The position numbers and the translations under genes are program-made. This document shows positions 53,820-64,000 of a stretch of 64,000 bases of DNA, piece by piece. The notes beneath the pieces were generated by a model that searched no databases, was not told the DNA's origin, and saw only the letters and a program-made list of their open reading frames with translations. This DNA is from an uncultured Chloroflexia bacterium (GTDB taxonomy: Bacteria > Chloroflexota > Limnocylindria > Limnocylindrales > CSP1-4), in contig CAVVJT010000010.1 in the NCBI GenBank assembly GCA_963748625.1, forward strand, positions 224,001 to 288,000. Reading direction: 5' to 3'. Position 1 is the first letter of the stretch; each line of letters starts with the position of its first letter.

Positions 53820-55766
53820 TCACGCCGTAGCCGCCCCGGCACGGGTGAGAAGGCGGGTCTGGTCACGCCGGCGGTCAAGCGACCGGCGCTGCTCGTTGAG
53901 GAGCCGGCGCTCGAGCATGAGGCGGTCAACCGACTCGGCGTCACCGTCGCGCTCGGCCTCTGCGGTGGCGTCGCGGTTGAAGCCGCTGCGCTCCTGCCAC
54001 TCCACGTCGTCCAGCTCGAGCATGAGACGCTCGATCTCGTACTTGAGCGAGCGGTCGCCGAGATCGCGCGGATTGGGTCCGGGCCGGCTCACGAGGGCCT
54101 GGCCGAGGGCCCGGCTCTCCTCGTCGAGCCCGTCGAGCACCGCCGTGAGCGAGAAGGCCGGCCGGACCCCGTGATCGTCCCGGGTCCGGGCGATCACCAC
54201 GGCGCGGTAGAGCTCACGGGCCACCTGGGACGGCAGGCGATCGGGTCCGAGGCCGTCGAGGACGGCGTCATGCGTCTCGGGCACGAGCAGCACGAGCCGC
54301 AGGAGCTCCTGCTCCGTGCGTGAGACGCCGCGCAGGATGTCGGCCACGGGCAGCGCGTCGGGCGCCCTCGTGACGGCCTCAGCGGTGAAGCGGTCGCGAC
54401 CGTCCTGACCGCCGCGGCGGTCGTCGCCGGCCGGGCGCCGGTGGAGCGCCTCGAGCAGGGTCCGCTCCTCCACTCCGCTGACCTGGTGGACACGGGCGAG
54501 GTAGCCGTCACGCATCACCGGGTTGGGCAGGTTGCGGATGATCGGCAGGACGGCATCGACGAAGCGGGCGCGGCCGCCTGGCGCGCGCAGGTCGTGGACG
54601 CGGGCGTGGACGTCGATGAGGTAGTCGATGATCGGCTGCGCGGTCCGGACCTCCTCGCGCCAGCGGTCCGGCTCGTCCCGGATCACCTCGTCGGGGTCCC
54701 GGCCCTCGGGAAGGCGGACCACGCGCACGTCGTCGAGCTCCACGCCCGAGTCGTCCGGGGCCAGCTGGCGGATCAGCTCCTCGAGCGCGGTGGCGCCGAA
54801 GGTGCCCGCCTTCTGGCCCGCAGCGTCGACGTCGTAGGCGAGCGCGATCCGCTTGCCGTACCGGGTGATCAGGGCGACCTGCTGCGGCGTGAGCGCCGTA
54901 CCGAGGCTGGCGACCACGTTCTCGAAGCCCGCCTGGTGGGCCATCAGCGCGTCGGTGTAGCCCTCGACGATCACCGCCTGGCCGGTCTTGCGGATGGCGC
55001 TCTTGGCGCGGTCGACCAGGTACAGCGTGCGGCTCTTGTCGAACAGCGGCGTGGCCGGTGAGTTGAGGTACTTGGGGCCGCGATCCCGGCCGTCCTCGGT
55101 TGGCCCCTCCTTGCCCAGGATCCGGCCGCCCAGGCCCACCGGGTGCCCGTTGGCGTCGCGGATCGGGAAGATCACCCGCTCACGGAAGCGGTCGTACACG
55201 CCTCCCCCACGCTGGCGCGGGCTGGCCAGGCCGACCTCGAGCAGCTCGTCGGGGCGGACCTGCCGCTTGGAGGCGAGCTGGCGGGCGAGCGAGTCCCAGC
55301 CGCCCGGCGCCCAACCGAGCTGGTGCTTCTCGATGGTGGCGTCCGTGAAGCCGCGGTCCTTGAGGTACGCGAGGGCGGCCTCGCCCTGCTTCGACTTGGT
55401 CAGGACCGCGTGGTAGAAGGCGATCGCGGCCTCCATCACGTCGCGCAGGCGGGCGGCGCGGGCATCCTCGCGCTTGGTCCGCTCGTCGATCTCCACCCCG
55501 GCCCGCGCGGCCAGCGCCTTGAGCGCCTCGGGGAAGGCGACCTGGTCGCGCTCCATGACGAACGTGAAGATGTCGCCGTGGAGGCCGCAGCCGAAGCAGT
55601 GCCACGTGTCGCGCACAGGGGTCACGACGAAGGACGGCGTCTTCTCGCCGTGGAACGGGCACAGCCCCTTGAGGGTGGTGCCGGCCTTCTTCAGCTGGAC
55701 CGTCTCCCCGACCACGTCAGCGACCGGTAGGCGACCCTTGATCTCGGCGACAACGCCGACCGCCAA
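53820..55766 (-). CDS. dnaG: DNA primase
   Basis: CPFH...CFGC zinc finger, KYLNS, VEGYTD, DVDAAG; GGAGGAG RBS before TTG. Confidence 0.96.
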   Translation of the reverse strand: MAVGVVAEIKGRLPVADVVGETVQLKKAGTTLKGLCPFHGEKTPSFVVTPVRDTWHCFGCGLHGDIFTFVMERDQVAFPEALKALAARAGVEIDERTKREDARAARLRDVMEAAIAFYHAVLTKSKQGEAALAYLKDRGFTDATIEKHQLGWAPGGWDSLARQLASKRQVRPDELLEVGLASPRQRGGGVYDRFRERVIFPIRDANGHPVGLGGRILGKEGPTEDGRDRGPKYLNSPATPLFDKSRTLYLVDRAKSAIRKTGQAVIVEGYTDALMAHQAGFENVVASLGTALTPQQVALITRYGKRIALAYDVDAAGQKAGTFGATALEELIRQLAPDDSGVELDDVRVVRLPEGRDPDEVIRDEPDRWREEVRTAQPIIDYLIDVHARVHDLRAPGGRARFVDAVLPIIRNLPNPVMRDGYLARVHQVSGVEERTLLEALHRRPAGDDRRGGQDGRDRFTAEAVTRAPDALPVADILRGVSRTEQELLRLVLLVPETHDAVLDGLGPDRLPSQVARELYRAVVIARTRDDHGVRPAFSLTAVLDGLDEESRALGQALVSRPGPNPRDLGDRSLKYEIERLMLELDDVEWQERSGFNRDATAEAERDGDAESVDRLMLERRLLNEQRRSLDRRRDQTRLLTRAGAATA

Positions 55767-55818
55767 GCGCGCTCCTCCCCGAATTCCCTGGGCTCGTACC
55801 GGCGGAAATGACGACGGA

Positions 55819-55925
55819 CCTGTCAAGTCTTGACAGGCCTCGCCAGCGATCGAGAGTACCCCCGGTCACCGGTTCCGGCAAGGAACCACGGGCGTTGTCA
55901 AGTGCCGTGTCAAGAGGCTGTCAAG
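55819..55925. promoter_or_regulatory. Five TGTCAAG/CTTGACA motifs upstream of dnaG-rpoD
   Basis: Copies at 55821, 55829 (inverted), 55896, 55908 and 55919. Confidence 0.55.
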
Positions 55926-55986
55926 AGCCATCTCCCCGGTGGGCGGCGGCGGGGCTGACCGCTGGCGCAGCACGCTCAGGGTGGTG

Positions 55987-56070
55987 CGGCACGCGCGCCG
56001 GTGGCGCGGCCCGCGCGCCGGTGGCGCGGCACGCGCGCCGGTGGCGCGGCCCGCGCGCCGGTGGCGCGGC
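55987..56070. repeat. 20-bp GC-rich tandem repeat, about 4 copies
   Basis: Unit cggc(a/c)cgcgcgccggtggcg. Confidence 0.8.
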
Positions 56071-56315
56071 ACCGGCACCCAAGCCCTGCGCACGGTCCAG
56101 GAGGGGGCCGTTTCGGCGCGTCGTGAGCGTCCCGTGGGTGCGACAGCCGAGGTTTGCTCCGCAGCGCGTGCGTGCGCCGTCCCGATTCGGCCCCCACGTA
56201 GGCCGTGTTGCGATCCATCGGTCGCGAGATCCCCTCCCCGTCCATGGGGAAGCATGGCCAGGACGTGGGCTTCCCCGCCCCGGGGAGGAGGCCGGGTCGG
56301 GGAAGCCCCCCGTCG

Positions 56316-57983
56316 TCAGGGTGGCGCGGGCTGGGTCGTGAGCCACTGGTGGGCGGCCAGGACATCGAGCCGCCCGGATCCGTACGCGTTGTCCGCGCCG
56401 GCAGGACCCAGGTCGATTGCGGAGGCCTCCAGGGCCGCTGCCTGTTGGGCAACGGTGAGGCCCGGGTGCGCCCCCAGGAGCAACGCGAGGGCGCCGGAGA
56501 CATGGGGGGCGGCCATCGATGTGCCGCTTGCGGTCTGGTAGAGCCCATATCGGTCCGCCGAGCGGATCCCGACACCCGGTGCAACCAGCTCCGGATAGGT
56601 CGTCGACGGCTCGCCACAGGCTGACGGGCCACGGCTCGACGTGGGGTCGACGACATCGGCTCCATTCACGGCGCCGACTGCCAGCGCCTCGGGGAGGTTG
56701 GCCGGACTCACACTCGTGCCCGCGGACGGGCCTTGGTTGCCAGCGGCGAAGACCGGCAGGATGCCGGCTGCCAGGACGGCCTGGAGGTCCGGCTGGAACT
56801 CCAGGCTGCAGCCGATGGTGCCCGACGCCCAGGAGCTGTTGAGCACGTCAGGGGCGTCATCCGTCCCGGGATCCCCGTCCGGGTCCAGGATCCACTGGAA
56901 CGCGAGGTGGATTGCGGTTGTGGTGGCCGCACCTGCGTCGTTGAAGATCTTCGCTGCGATCCAGGTCGCCCCCGGGGCCATGCCGATGGTGGTGCCGCCT
57001 GCGTCCCCTCCGACGATGACGCCCATGGTCGCCGTGCCATGGCCGGTCATGTCGACGGGCAGGTCGGGATGCTGGCCATACGGGTCAAACCAGGAGTTGG
57101 CCCCGCCTCGCCAGCGGGACGCAAGGTCCGGATGGTAGGCGTCGACGCCGGAGTCGAGGCTTGCGACCACGACGCCCTGGCCGGTGTATCCGGACGACCA
57201 CATCGCGGGTGCGTTGACGGCGGCGATGTTAGCCTCGGGCGGGCCGAGGGGCGTCGGCGTCGGCGTGGGTGCGATGGTCGGCGTGGGCGTCGGCGTTGGC
57301 GTGGGTGCGATGGTCGGCGTGGGCGTCGGGGTGGGCGTTGGCGTTGGCGTGGGTGCGATGGTCGGCGTCGGGGTGGGTTTGGGCGATCGCGTCGGCCGGG
57401 GGGTTGCGGTCGGGCGGGGCGTTGCGGTCGGGCGTGGCGTGGCGGTCGGCCGGGGGGTTGCGGTCGGGCGTGGCGTGGCCTTGGCCCGGGCCCTCACGGC
57501 AGGTCGTGCAACCGGCGTCGGCTCGGTACCCCACAGCGGCACGACGCCGGCGTCATCGCTCAGCACGGCGGCCACATCCGGGCGCCCCGCGATGGCGCGG
57601 ATCACGGGTTCCGACGCGGTCACCGAGACCGCGTTGACCACCCACAGGGGAACCACACGAGCGACGCGCCCCCGCGCCCGTTCGCCTGCGAGGACGTCCA
57701 GGAGCTGCGCCTGTGCGGTGGCAGCATGGTCGCGGAGGGCCCGCTGCACGCCTCGCAGCGCCGCACGCCGACCCACCCGCGGAACGCGGCTGAGGTCCGC
57801 CTGCGAGCGCAGCATAACCACCACGGTGCGCATCCCCGCCGGCGTGCCGTCGGGGAGCGACACGCCGGCGGGACTCCCGATGCGCGGGACGCTGGTCCGT
57901 TCCGAGGCCGCACTGCCGGTCGCGCCCGGAGGGGCTATGGCCAGCAGCGCCACGATCAGGACGGCGACGGGGACCCTGCGCAT
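56316..57983 (-). CDS. Secreted S8 serine peptidase with Pro/Thr repeat linker
   Basis: [22 protein letters not shown]; PTATPR and PT repeats. Confidence 0.9.
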   Translation of the reverse strand: MRRVPVAVLIVALLAIAPPGATGSAASERTSVPRIGSPAGVSLPDGTPAGMRTVVVMLRSQADLSRVPRVGRRAALRGVQRALRDHAATAQAQLLDVLAGERARGRVARVVPLWVVNAVSVTASEPVIRAIAGRPDVAAVLSDDAGVVPLWGTEPTPVARPAVRARAKATPRPTATPRPTATPRPTATPRPTATPRPTRSPKPTPTPTIAPTPTPTPTPTPTPTIAPTPTPTPTPTIAPTPTPTPLGPPEANIAAVNAPAMWSSGYTGQGVVVASLDSGVDAYHPDLASRWRGGANSWFDPYGQHPDLPVDMTGHGTATMGVIVGGDAGGTTIGMAPGATWIAAKIFNDAGAATTTAIHLAFQWILDPDGDPGTDDAPDVLNSSWASGTIGCSLEFQPDLQAVLAAGILPVFAAGNQGPSAGTSVSPANLPEALAVGAVNGADVVDPTSSRGPSACGEPSTTYPELVAPGVGIRSADRYGLYQTASGTSMAAPHVSGALALLLGAHPGLTVAQQAAALEASAIDLGPAGADNAYGSGRLDVLAAHQWLTTQPAPP

Positions 57984-57993
57984 CGGTTTGACC

Positions 57994-58566
57994 TCAGCTC
58001 TGTGCTGCGACCGGCTCGAGCCGGATCGCGTCGATGACGACGGAGACCGGTACGCCCGCCTGCACGAGCCCACCCGAGTTCGGGAACAGGAGGAAGTAGC
58101 TCGCGCCGTCGGCCAGCTCGAGCTTGTGCGCGCGCGGCTGGGGTGCCCGAAGGACGGCCCCGTTGGCGGTGAGCAGCTCGGGCAGGGTGGCCGCGTCGTG
58201 CAGGATGTGGTCGGCCTTGTTCTTGTCGAGGACGGTGAAGCGGAGGTCCACGAGTCCCCCGTCGGCGGTCACCGCCACGAGGTTCACGCGGATCCCGTAC
58301 TCCGCCTCCATCTCGCCTTCGGACACGACGCGCGCGTCTGCGGCGTTCCGCGCGAAGAGGTCGGTGAACTCCGCGGTCCATGTGATCGCGGCGGTCACCA
58401 TGACCGGCAGGACGACGGCTCCAGCGAGTGCCGCCAGCCACGGCCGCACCCGGAGTCGTGCCCGTCGGCGCTCCGCCGGCTCCGGTGAAGCCGGCGCGGG
58501 ATCCTGGGCCTCCGGTACCGCGGCCGGGAGGCCGCGGTCCAGCTCGGTTCGATCGATGGTTGTCAT
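57994..58566 (-). CDS. Membrane-anchored hypothetical protein of the cupredoxin cluster
   Basis: One TM helix, then [21 protein letters not shown]...FPNSGG. Confidence 0.75.
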   Translation of the reverse strand: MTTIDRTELDRGLPAAVPEAQDPAPASPEPAERRRARLRVRPWLAALAGAVVLPVMVTAAITWTAEFTDLFARNAADARVVSEGEMEAEYGIRVNLVAVTADGGLVDLRFTVLDKNKADHILHDAATLPELLTANGAVLRAPQPRAHKLELADGASYFLLFPNSGGLVQAGVPVSVVIDAIRLEPVAAQS

Positions 58567-58570
58567 GGCG

Positions 58571-61500
58571 TCAGGGCAGGTCGAACGCGTCGACGTCGAG
58601 GTTGCCGGCGGTCAGGCCCTTGGCGGTCCCGTCGAAGTAGACCGTCCAGGTCCCGCCGTTGAGGTAGACGACGTCCTCGTCCTGGACGGCGCCCAGGCCG
58701 GGCACCGTCGTGTCAGCGCTGTACGAGAGGTAGATGTGTGTGGCGTCGACCCGGACGAGGCCGTCCACGTTGGCCGTGGACCACCCCAGCGCCGAGGCGT
58801 CGTGCACGCGGGCGTAGACGCTGCCGTTCCAGCTGTAGATGTCGGCGTCGTCGCCGCCACCCGTGACGCCCGGCGGGATGTCGGTGTCGTCGGTCGAGAA
58901 GTAGAGCGTCCCGCCGGCGATGGTGATCGCGTCGAGGTCGGTCCCCGCGAGACCGTTGGCGCTCCCGTCGAAGTAGAGCGACCAGGTGCCGGCGTTGAAG
59001 TAGACGACGTCCTCGTCGGCGACGGTGCCCACGCCGGGAACCGCCACGTTTCCGTTGAAGGAGACATAGAAGTGGGTGGCGTCGACCTGGTCGAACCCGT
59101 CGACGTTGGCGCCCGTCGGCAGCGAGTACGGTGCCGCGGTGGCGTCGATGGTGCGGCCGAAGACCGACCCATCCCAGAGGTAGATGTCGGCGTCGTCCGC
59201 CGTTCCGGCGACGCCGGGCGGGTTCGTGCCGCCGGAGGTCGAGAAGTAGAGCGGGGTGATGACCGTGTAGACCTGGCCGACGAACGGCAGGCCCGCGGTC
59301 GGCAGGGCGTTCCCTGCGACGTCCTTGATCCCGGTCGCCGAGGTGAGGTTCAGGCCGAGGGTGCCGCCGTTGGAGCCGGTCGAGGCCGTCACGGTGCGCG
59401 TGGAGCCAGTTCCGGTGACCGACGAGATGGAAGCGCCCGACAGGCCGCCCCCGCCCACGAGGGTGAAGTTGCCGCTCGTGACCCCGGTCACGGTCTCCGA
59501 GAACGTCACGAGGAACGAGACGCTCGCCGCGGAGGTGGGACTGGGATCGACCCGGTCGATGCTGCCGATGGTCGGCGGCGTCTTCTCGATCACGAGGGTG
59601 GTCGTGCTCGCAGCGCCCCAGTTGCCGGCAGCGTCCTTGCCGCGGACGTGGATGGTGTGGTTGCCCACGCTGAGGAGGTTGATCGTCGTCAGCGGGATGT
59701 CGGCGTAGACCGCCTCCGTGGCAGCGTTGAAGACGCTGTCGGAGGCAACGAACACGAAGCCCGTGCCGGTGGCGCCGACGGTGTCGATGAACCCCTCGCC
59801 CGCGGCGATGGCGCTGTTGCCCGATGCGGTGTCGTCGATCGTGGCCGTGACGCGGACCGACGGATTGCTGCTGGTCACGCCGAGCGAGCCGCCGTTGGGG
59901 TTCGGGGTGGCAGTGACGCCGGTCGTCGTCGGACCGGTCGCGTCGGAGGCCAGGGTGATCGTGACGAACGGGCCCCAGTTGCCGGCGGCGTCGAGTGCGC
60001 GCACGGACACCACGCCGGACTGTCCGGCAGGGATGGTGGCCGTGATGGCGGCGACGGTCGCGACGTGGTTGAGCGTCATGCCGATCCCGGTGCCGGGGGC
60101 CCCGGTCGCGCCGACGAAGTACTCGGCGGCGACAACGTTGCTGTTCCCGGTGGTGACGTCGCTGGCCGTGCCGGCGAGCGCCACGGGGACGCTGCCGTCG
60201 GACGAGCTGGGGGTCAGCGTCAGGCCGCTCACGGTGGGCCCGGCCATGTCCAGGGTGATCGTCGTGGCGGCGAACGATCCCCAGTTCCCGAGGGCGTCGC
60301 GGCCGCGCACGTACACCGTGTGCGTCCCCGAGGTCCAGGCGCTGGTGTCGATCTCGCCCGAGTTCGTGGTGACCGCCTCGGCCACCTCGTCGAACGCCAG
60401 GTCGGCGGCCGTCATCGGCAGCGCCGTGCCCGAGTCGACCTTGTACTGCGCGGCGTCGATGGTCGTGCCGCCGGTCGCCGCGTCGTCCACGGTCGCCGTC
60501 AGCGTGTAGGTGCCCGGCCCTGCCGGCGTCAGGGTGACGCCGCTCGTGACCGGGCCCGCCGTGTCCGTGCCGGAGGCCGTGCCGGCCGCATCCACGAGGG
60601 CCAGCATCCCGCCGATGCCGTAGACGGAACCGACGTTGACGTTGCTGTTGTTGAGCAGCATTGCCGCGTCATAGATCGGGTACTTGGTCGAGGTCGTGGC
60701 CGACACCGGGACGGCGGCGAGGACGTCGGCGGTCTGGCCCGGAGCCAGGGTGTCGGCGACCATCGTCCGCGGCGCCGGCAGGAGGCTGCCATCGGTCGCC
60801 AGCATCCGCTGGGGCAGGCCGAGCGCGCCAATCGAGTGGTGCAGGATCCCCGCGTTCACATACCTCAGGAGCAGGGAGTTCCCGCCCGTGGTCGTGATCG
60901 AGGAAGCCGTCGACGAGTAGGCCGCGCCGTTGACGAGGAACCACTTCGGGGCGAAGGCGCGGAGGTCGAACGTCCAGGGCGTCGCGCTGCCGTTCAGGGC
61001 CGGATCGATCTCGCCCAGCACGACGAGGGCCTCATCGTCGAAGGCGGTGGACGCGGCCGCATAGGCCTGCATGGGGGCGCCGACCGGCCTGACGACCAGG
61101 GCGCCGTAGAGGCCCATGGCCACCTGGTACTCGGAGCCCGGGATCAGCCCCGCCTCGTAGAGGTAGGTGCCCGGATCGTCCGCTGTGAACGTGTACACCT
61201 TCGTGCCGCCGCCGGCGGTCGCGCCCGTGATGTCGGACGCGATCGCCTGGCCGCCGAACTGGATCGAGGTCGGGCGTGACAGCGTGTTGTGGAGCGTGAT
61301 CGTGACCTGGTCGCCCTCGTCGGCGACCAGGACCGGTCCCGGAGCCTTGGCGGGGAGGGACGCCGACGGGGCGAATCCCCAGATCGTCGCCGTTCCGCCG
61401 CCGGGCAGCGAGACCGTCCCGGTCTTTGCCCACAGGTCGCAGGCGACCGTGGTGCCGCTGTCGACACAGGCCGGGTTCGGGCCGGGATCGATCGGCCCGG

Positions 61501-61603
61501 CGGCCGCGGCGATTCCCGGGACGAGCAGCGCCGCGAGGGCGAGCGCCGACCCGAGGGCCGCCGAGGAAAGGATGCTGCGCTTCATCGTACGTTCCGATCG
61601 CAT
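58571..61603 (-). CDS. Secreted cupredoxin-domain protein (copper ligands degenerate) with Ig-like repeats
   Basis: PGPVLVADEGD, PGTYLYE, MGLYG; DAAGNW repeats; acidic C-terminal repeats. Confidence 0.85.
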   Translation of the reverse strand: MRSERTMKRSILSSAALGSALALAALLVPGIAAAAGPIDPGPNPACVDSGTTVACDLWAKTGTVSLPGGGTATIWGFAPSASLPAKAPGPVLVADEGDQVTITLHNTLSRPTSIQFGGQAIASDITGATAGGGTKVYTFTADDPGTYLYEAGLIPGSEYQVAMGLYGALVVRPVGAPMQAYAAASTAFDDEALVVLGEIDPALNGSATPWTFDLRAFAPKWFLVNGAAYSSTASSITTTGGNSLLLRYVNAGILHHSIGALGLPQRMLATDGSLLPAPRTMVADTLAPGQTADVLAAVPVSATTSTKYPIYDAAMLLNNSNVNVGSVYGIGGMLALVDAAGTASGTDTAGPVTSGVTLTPAGPGTYTLTATVDDAATGGTTIDAAQYKVDSGTALPMTAADLAFDEVAEAVTTNSGEIDTSAWTSGTHTVYVRGRDALGNWGSFAATTITLDMAGPTVSGLTLTPSSSDGSVPVALAGTASDVTTGNSNVVAAEYFVGATGAPGTGIGMTLNHVATVAAITATIPAGQSGVVSVRALDAAGNWGPFVTITLASDATGPTTTGVTATPNPNGGSLGVTSSNPSVRVTATIDDTASGNSAIAAGEGFIDTVGATGTGFVFVASDSVFNAATEAVYADIPLTTINLLSVGNHTIHVRGKDAAGNWGAASTTTLVIEKTPPTIGSIDRVDPSPTSAASVSFLVTFSETVTGVTSGNFTLVGGGGLSGASISSVTGTGSTRTVTASTGSNGGTLGLNLTSATGIKDVAGNALPTAGLPFVGQVYTVITPLYFSTSGGTNPPGVAGTADDADIYLWDGSVFGRTIDATAAPYSLPTGANVDGFDQVDATHFYVSFNGNVAVPGVGTVADEDVVYFNAGTWSLYFDGSANGLAGTDLDAITIAGGTLYFSTDDTDIPPGVTGGGDDADIYSWNGSVYARVHDASALGWSTANVDGLVRVDATHIYLSYSADTTVPGLGAVQDEDVVYLNGGTWTVYFDGTAKGLTAGNLDVDAFDLP

Positions 61604-61623
61604 GGTCGTTCCCCTACCTCTCA

Positions 61624-63030
61624 TCACGGACAGGTGTTGGGCAGGGGCGGATCGACCCTCGTGTAGGTGATCGGCCCGGTCATGTTCACGCCCCACGACG
61701 TGAGCTGGTAGAGCGCGTGGTTGTGGGCGATGATGTAGAACTCGCCGCACTCGTTGAGGGTCTGGACGCCCGGTGGCATCGCCTCCTGGACGCCCAGGTA
61801 CGGGCTGCCGCCGTAGAACATCCCGATCGTGAGGTTCTGCAGGTCGGGCTCGGTGGCCGGGACCGTGTTGGATGGCGAGTAGCCCTCGGCGTCGCGCCAG
61901 TCGAAGAGGACGTCCCAGGTCTGTCCCGGCCCGATGTTGACGGCGAACTTGTCGAACGACAGGTCCTCGGCCGCAGCGCCCTCGAGCGGCGCGCCGTCGC
62001 GCCCGATCACCTTGCCGTTGTTGCCGTGAGGGTGGAACGGGAAGTCCATGCTGCCCACGCTCAGGTAGCGGTCCACGGCCGGCAGCGGGTTGGAGGTGGC
62101 GTCATACGGGAGGATCGGGGCCAGCGACCCGTAGGGCTGGCTGGGCAGCCACGACGCGAAGTTGTCCGCGATGCTGTCGGGGAACCCCCGCCCGTTGATC
62201 AGCCAGTACCGCGGGTGGTACGTGTTCATGTTGAACGCGTTCCCCTTGAGGACCCTGGCGTTGAGGTAGGGGTCGATCTCCGAGAGCAGCACGAGGAACT
62301 CCGATGACTGGGTGGCCGTCGGCGCCTTGAACTGGGAGTCGGCCCGGTTGTAGACAAAGGTGTCACCCATCGCCGGGCGGACGATCAGGGCTCCGAAGAG
62401 TCCCATCCGCACCTGGACCTGGGGGCTGGCGTAGGGACTCGGGGTCCCACTCGACTTCTGGCCGCCTCCGCTCTCGTACAGGAAGGTGCCGGGCTCATCC
62501 GCGACGAAGCTGTAGGTCACGGTCCCGCCGCCGGGCTGGGCCGCCTGGGCGAGCGAGGTCATCGTCGTCCCGCTGAACTGCGGCTGTGACGGCACGCCGT
62601 TCGCGGTGACGTTCTCCTGGCCCGGGAACACGATGGACACGGCCGGCGCGTTCTTGGGGGACGTGGCCGTGAATGTGTTCTTCAAGATCACGGTCACCGT
62701 GTCTCCCTCGTGGACGCACAGGACCGGCCCGGGATGCTGGAACGGCTTGTTGCCCTCGGAGAAGCCCCACATGTACGCGGTGGTGCCGTCCGGCAGGTTG
62801 ATGTACCCCGAGCGCGTCGTCAGGTTGAAGGTCGGGTTGGGGCCGCCTTCCGTGCACACGATGCCGATGGCATTGCTGCCCTCGGTCGCGGCCGTCACGG
62901 GCCGCGCGGCGGGCGGCGACAGCAGCACCCCGAAGACCAGGATGGGCGAGACCAGCAGCGCCAGCCAGCGGCGGGCGCGTGGGCGCGTGGACCGTTGCAT
63001 CGTCATCACTCCGCTCATCACCGCACTCAC
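61624..63030 (-). CDS. Secreted two-domain cupredoxin protein with HxH motifs only in domain 2
   Basis: PGPVLCVHEGD, MGLFG, FHPHG, AHNH; start uncertain (63000-63030). Confidence 0.85.
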   Translation of the reverse strand: MSAVMSGVMTMQRSTRPRARRWLALLVSPILVFGVLLSPPAARPVTAATEGSNAIGIVCTEGGPNPTFNLTTRSGYINLPDGTTAYMWGFSEGNKPFQHPGPVLCVHEGDTVTVILKNTFTATSPKNAPAVSIVFPGQENVTANGVPSQPQFSGTTMTSLAQAAQPGGGTVTYSFVADEPGTFLYESGGGQKSSGTPSPYASPQVQVRMGLFGALIVRPAMGDTFVYNRADSQFKAPTATQSSEFLVLLSEIDPYLNARVLKGNAFNMNTYHPRYWLINGRGFPDSIADNFASWLPSQPYGSLAPILPYDATSNPLPAVDRYLSVGSMDFPFHPHGNNGKVIGRDGAPLEGAAAEDLSFDKFAVNIGPGQTWDVLFDWRDAEGYSPSNTVPATEPDLQNLTIGMFYGGSPYLGVQEAMPPGVQTLNECGEFYIIAHNHALYQLTSWGVNMTGPITYTRVDPPLPNTCP

Positions 63031-63998
63031 GCCGGGTCGTCCGGGTGCTGGTTGGGGTAGGCCTGCGCCGGGAGCGTCCCGGCCGGGTACACATGCACCT
63101 CCGTCCGCTGGCCTCCGCCGTCCCCCACGAGGTTGTCGCCACGCGTGTAGGCGCGGTTGTAGAGCACGTAGGTGTCGTAGCCGTTGCCGCTCGAACCGGA
63201 GCCACCGCTGAAGGCCGGGGCCGTGAGGATGACGTCGAAGCTCTCGCCGGCGCCGAAGGAGAGGGTGTTGGTGCCATAGCTCGTACTGGCACCGCCGCGT
63301 CCCCGCATCCGCGTGGCATCCCGCCCGACGACCTTCATCTTGATGCCCTCGATGGTCATCGCCGCCTCCATGAACCCGAGGTTCGCGAAGCGGAGGAGGA
63401 CCCGCTCGCCGGCATTGGCCGAGACGAGCGCCGAGTTGGGCTGGGCGGCCAGGTCGGGACGGCCCGAGGGGTAGGCCAGGTCCCAGTTGGCGTCCCGATC
63501 CGGGTACACGTTGAAGTTCCGGTTGGAGGGCGTCGGATTGTCGCCCTGCCGGGCGACGGAGCCGTTTGGCAGGAGCGTGTCCGGGTAGACCCGGCCGTTG
63601 AGGAGGCTGAAGTCGGCCCGGTAGTCGCTCCACTCCGGCAGCTGGATGTGGGCGTCCGCCCAGTGGGAGTCGCCCCACACCTCGGACAGGAACATCGCGT
63701 ACTCGCGGTCGAAGCCCGTTGAGCCGTCGCCATCGTTGTACGCGTACTTCCCACTGGGGTAGAGGGACGTGTTGCCGTCCTGCGCCGGCCGCACGAACAC
63801 GATGCCGGTCATCCCCATGTGCACGTGCTCCGTGTCCTCCACGTGGCAGTGGAACATGTAGGTGCCGGGGTCACGGGAGACGTACACGTAGGTGAACGTC
63901 TGGCCCTGCGGGATCGAGACCGAGCCGGTGGGCTCGCCGTCGAAGAACGGGATGACGTTCTTGAAGCCGTGCCAGTGGACGGTGTGCTCGTCGAACAG
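63027..63998 (-). CDS. Multicopper-oxidase-domain protein with type-1 Cu site in domain 1 (5' partial)
   Basis: HTVHWHG and FHCHVEDTEHVHMGM; runs off the window edge. Confidence 0.88.
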   Translation of the reverse strand: MFDEHTVHWHGFKNVIPFFDGEPTGSVSIPQGQTFTYVYVSRDPGTYMFHCHVEDTEHVHMGMTGIVFVRPAQDGNTSLYPSGKYAYNDGDGSTGFDREYAMFLSEVWGDSHWADAHIQLPEWSDYRADFSLLNGRVYPDTLLPNGSVARQGDNPTPSNRNFNVYPDRDANWDLAYPSGRPDLAAQPNSALVSANAGERVLLRFANLGFMEAAMTIEGIKMKVVGRDATRMRGRGGASTSYGTNTLSFGAGESFDVILTAPAFSGGSGSSGNGYDTYVLYNRAYTRGDNLVGDGGGQRTEVHVYPAGTLPAQAYPNQHPDDPA

Positions 63999-64000
63999 GT

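Noticed and set aside
50915-53830. 971-aa plus-strand ORF
   Set aside because: Antisense shadow of rpoD caused by high-GC codon bias
57250-57480. Repeat array of possible non-coding function
   Set aside because: It encodes the in-frame Pro/Thr linker of the S8 peptidase
58124-61279. 1051-aa plus-strand ORF
   Set aside because: Antisense shadow of the cupredoxin/Ig gene

Overview
High-GC bacterial chromosomal window. Gene content suggests Chloroflexota, possibly Limnocylindria-like (inference only). Housekeeping content: rnpB, RNase HI, sdhCDAB, an isocitrate dehydrogenase family gene, sucCD, a propionyl-CoA carboxylase / methylmalonyl-CoA mutase / epimerase operon, parAB, msrA, tRNA-Asn, a dhaKL/aldolase sugar operon and dnaG-rpoD, plus secreted proteases. 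Most notable signals: (1) three tandem two-domain cupredoxin genes whose copper ligands are complementary between genes, suggesting a heteromeric split multicopper oxidase; (2) an 80-aa PTS-EIIB-like insertion in region 3 of the primary sigma factor; (3) a ParB with altered specificity residues surrounded by four copies of a non-canonical 16-bp palindrome (GTCTTTRCGCAARGAC), a candidate new parS; (4) a 3.8-kb integrase-less islet bounded by a 33-bp duplication of the RNase P RNA 3' end; (5) an orphan Pol-beta-type nucleotidyltransferase divergent from a DEDD exonuclease; (6) two 152-bp MITE-like elements bracketing the sugar operon. All calls come from reading motifs by eye; no database searches were run, and many start codons were re-chosen manually.
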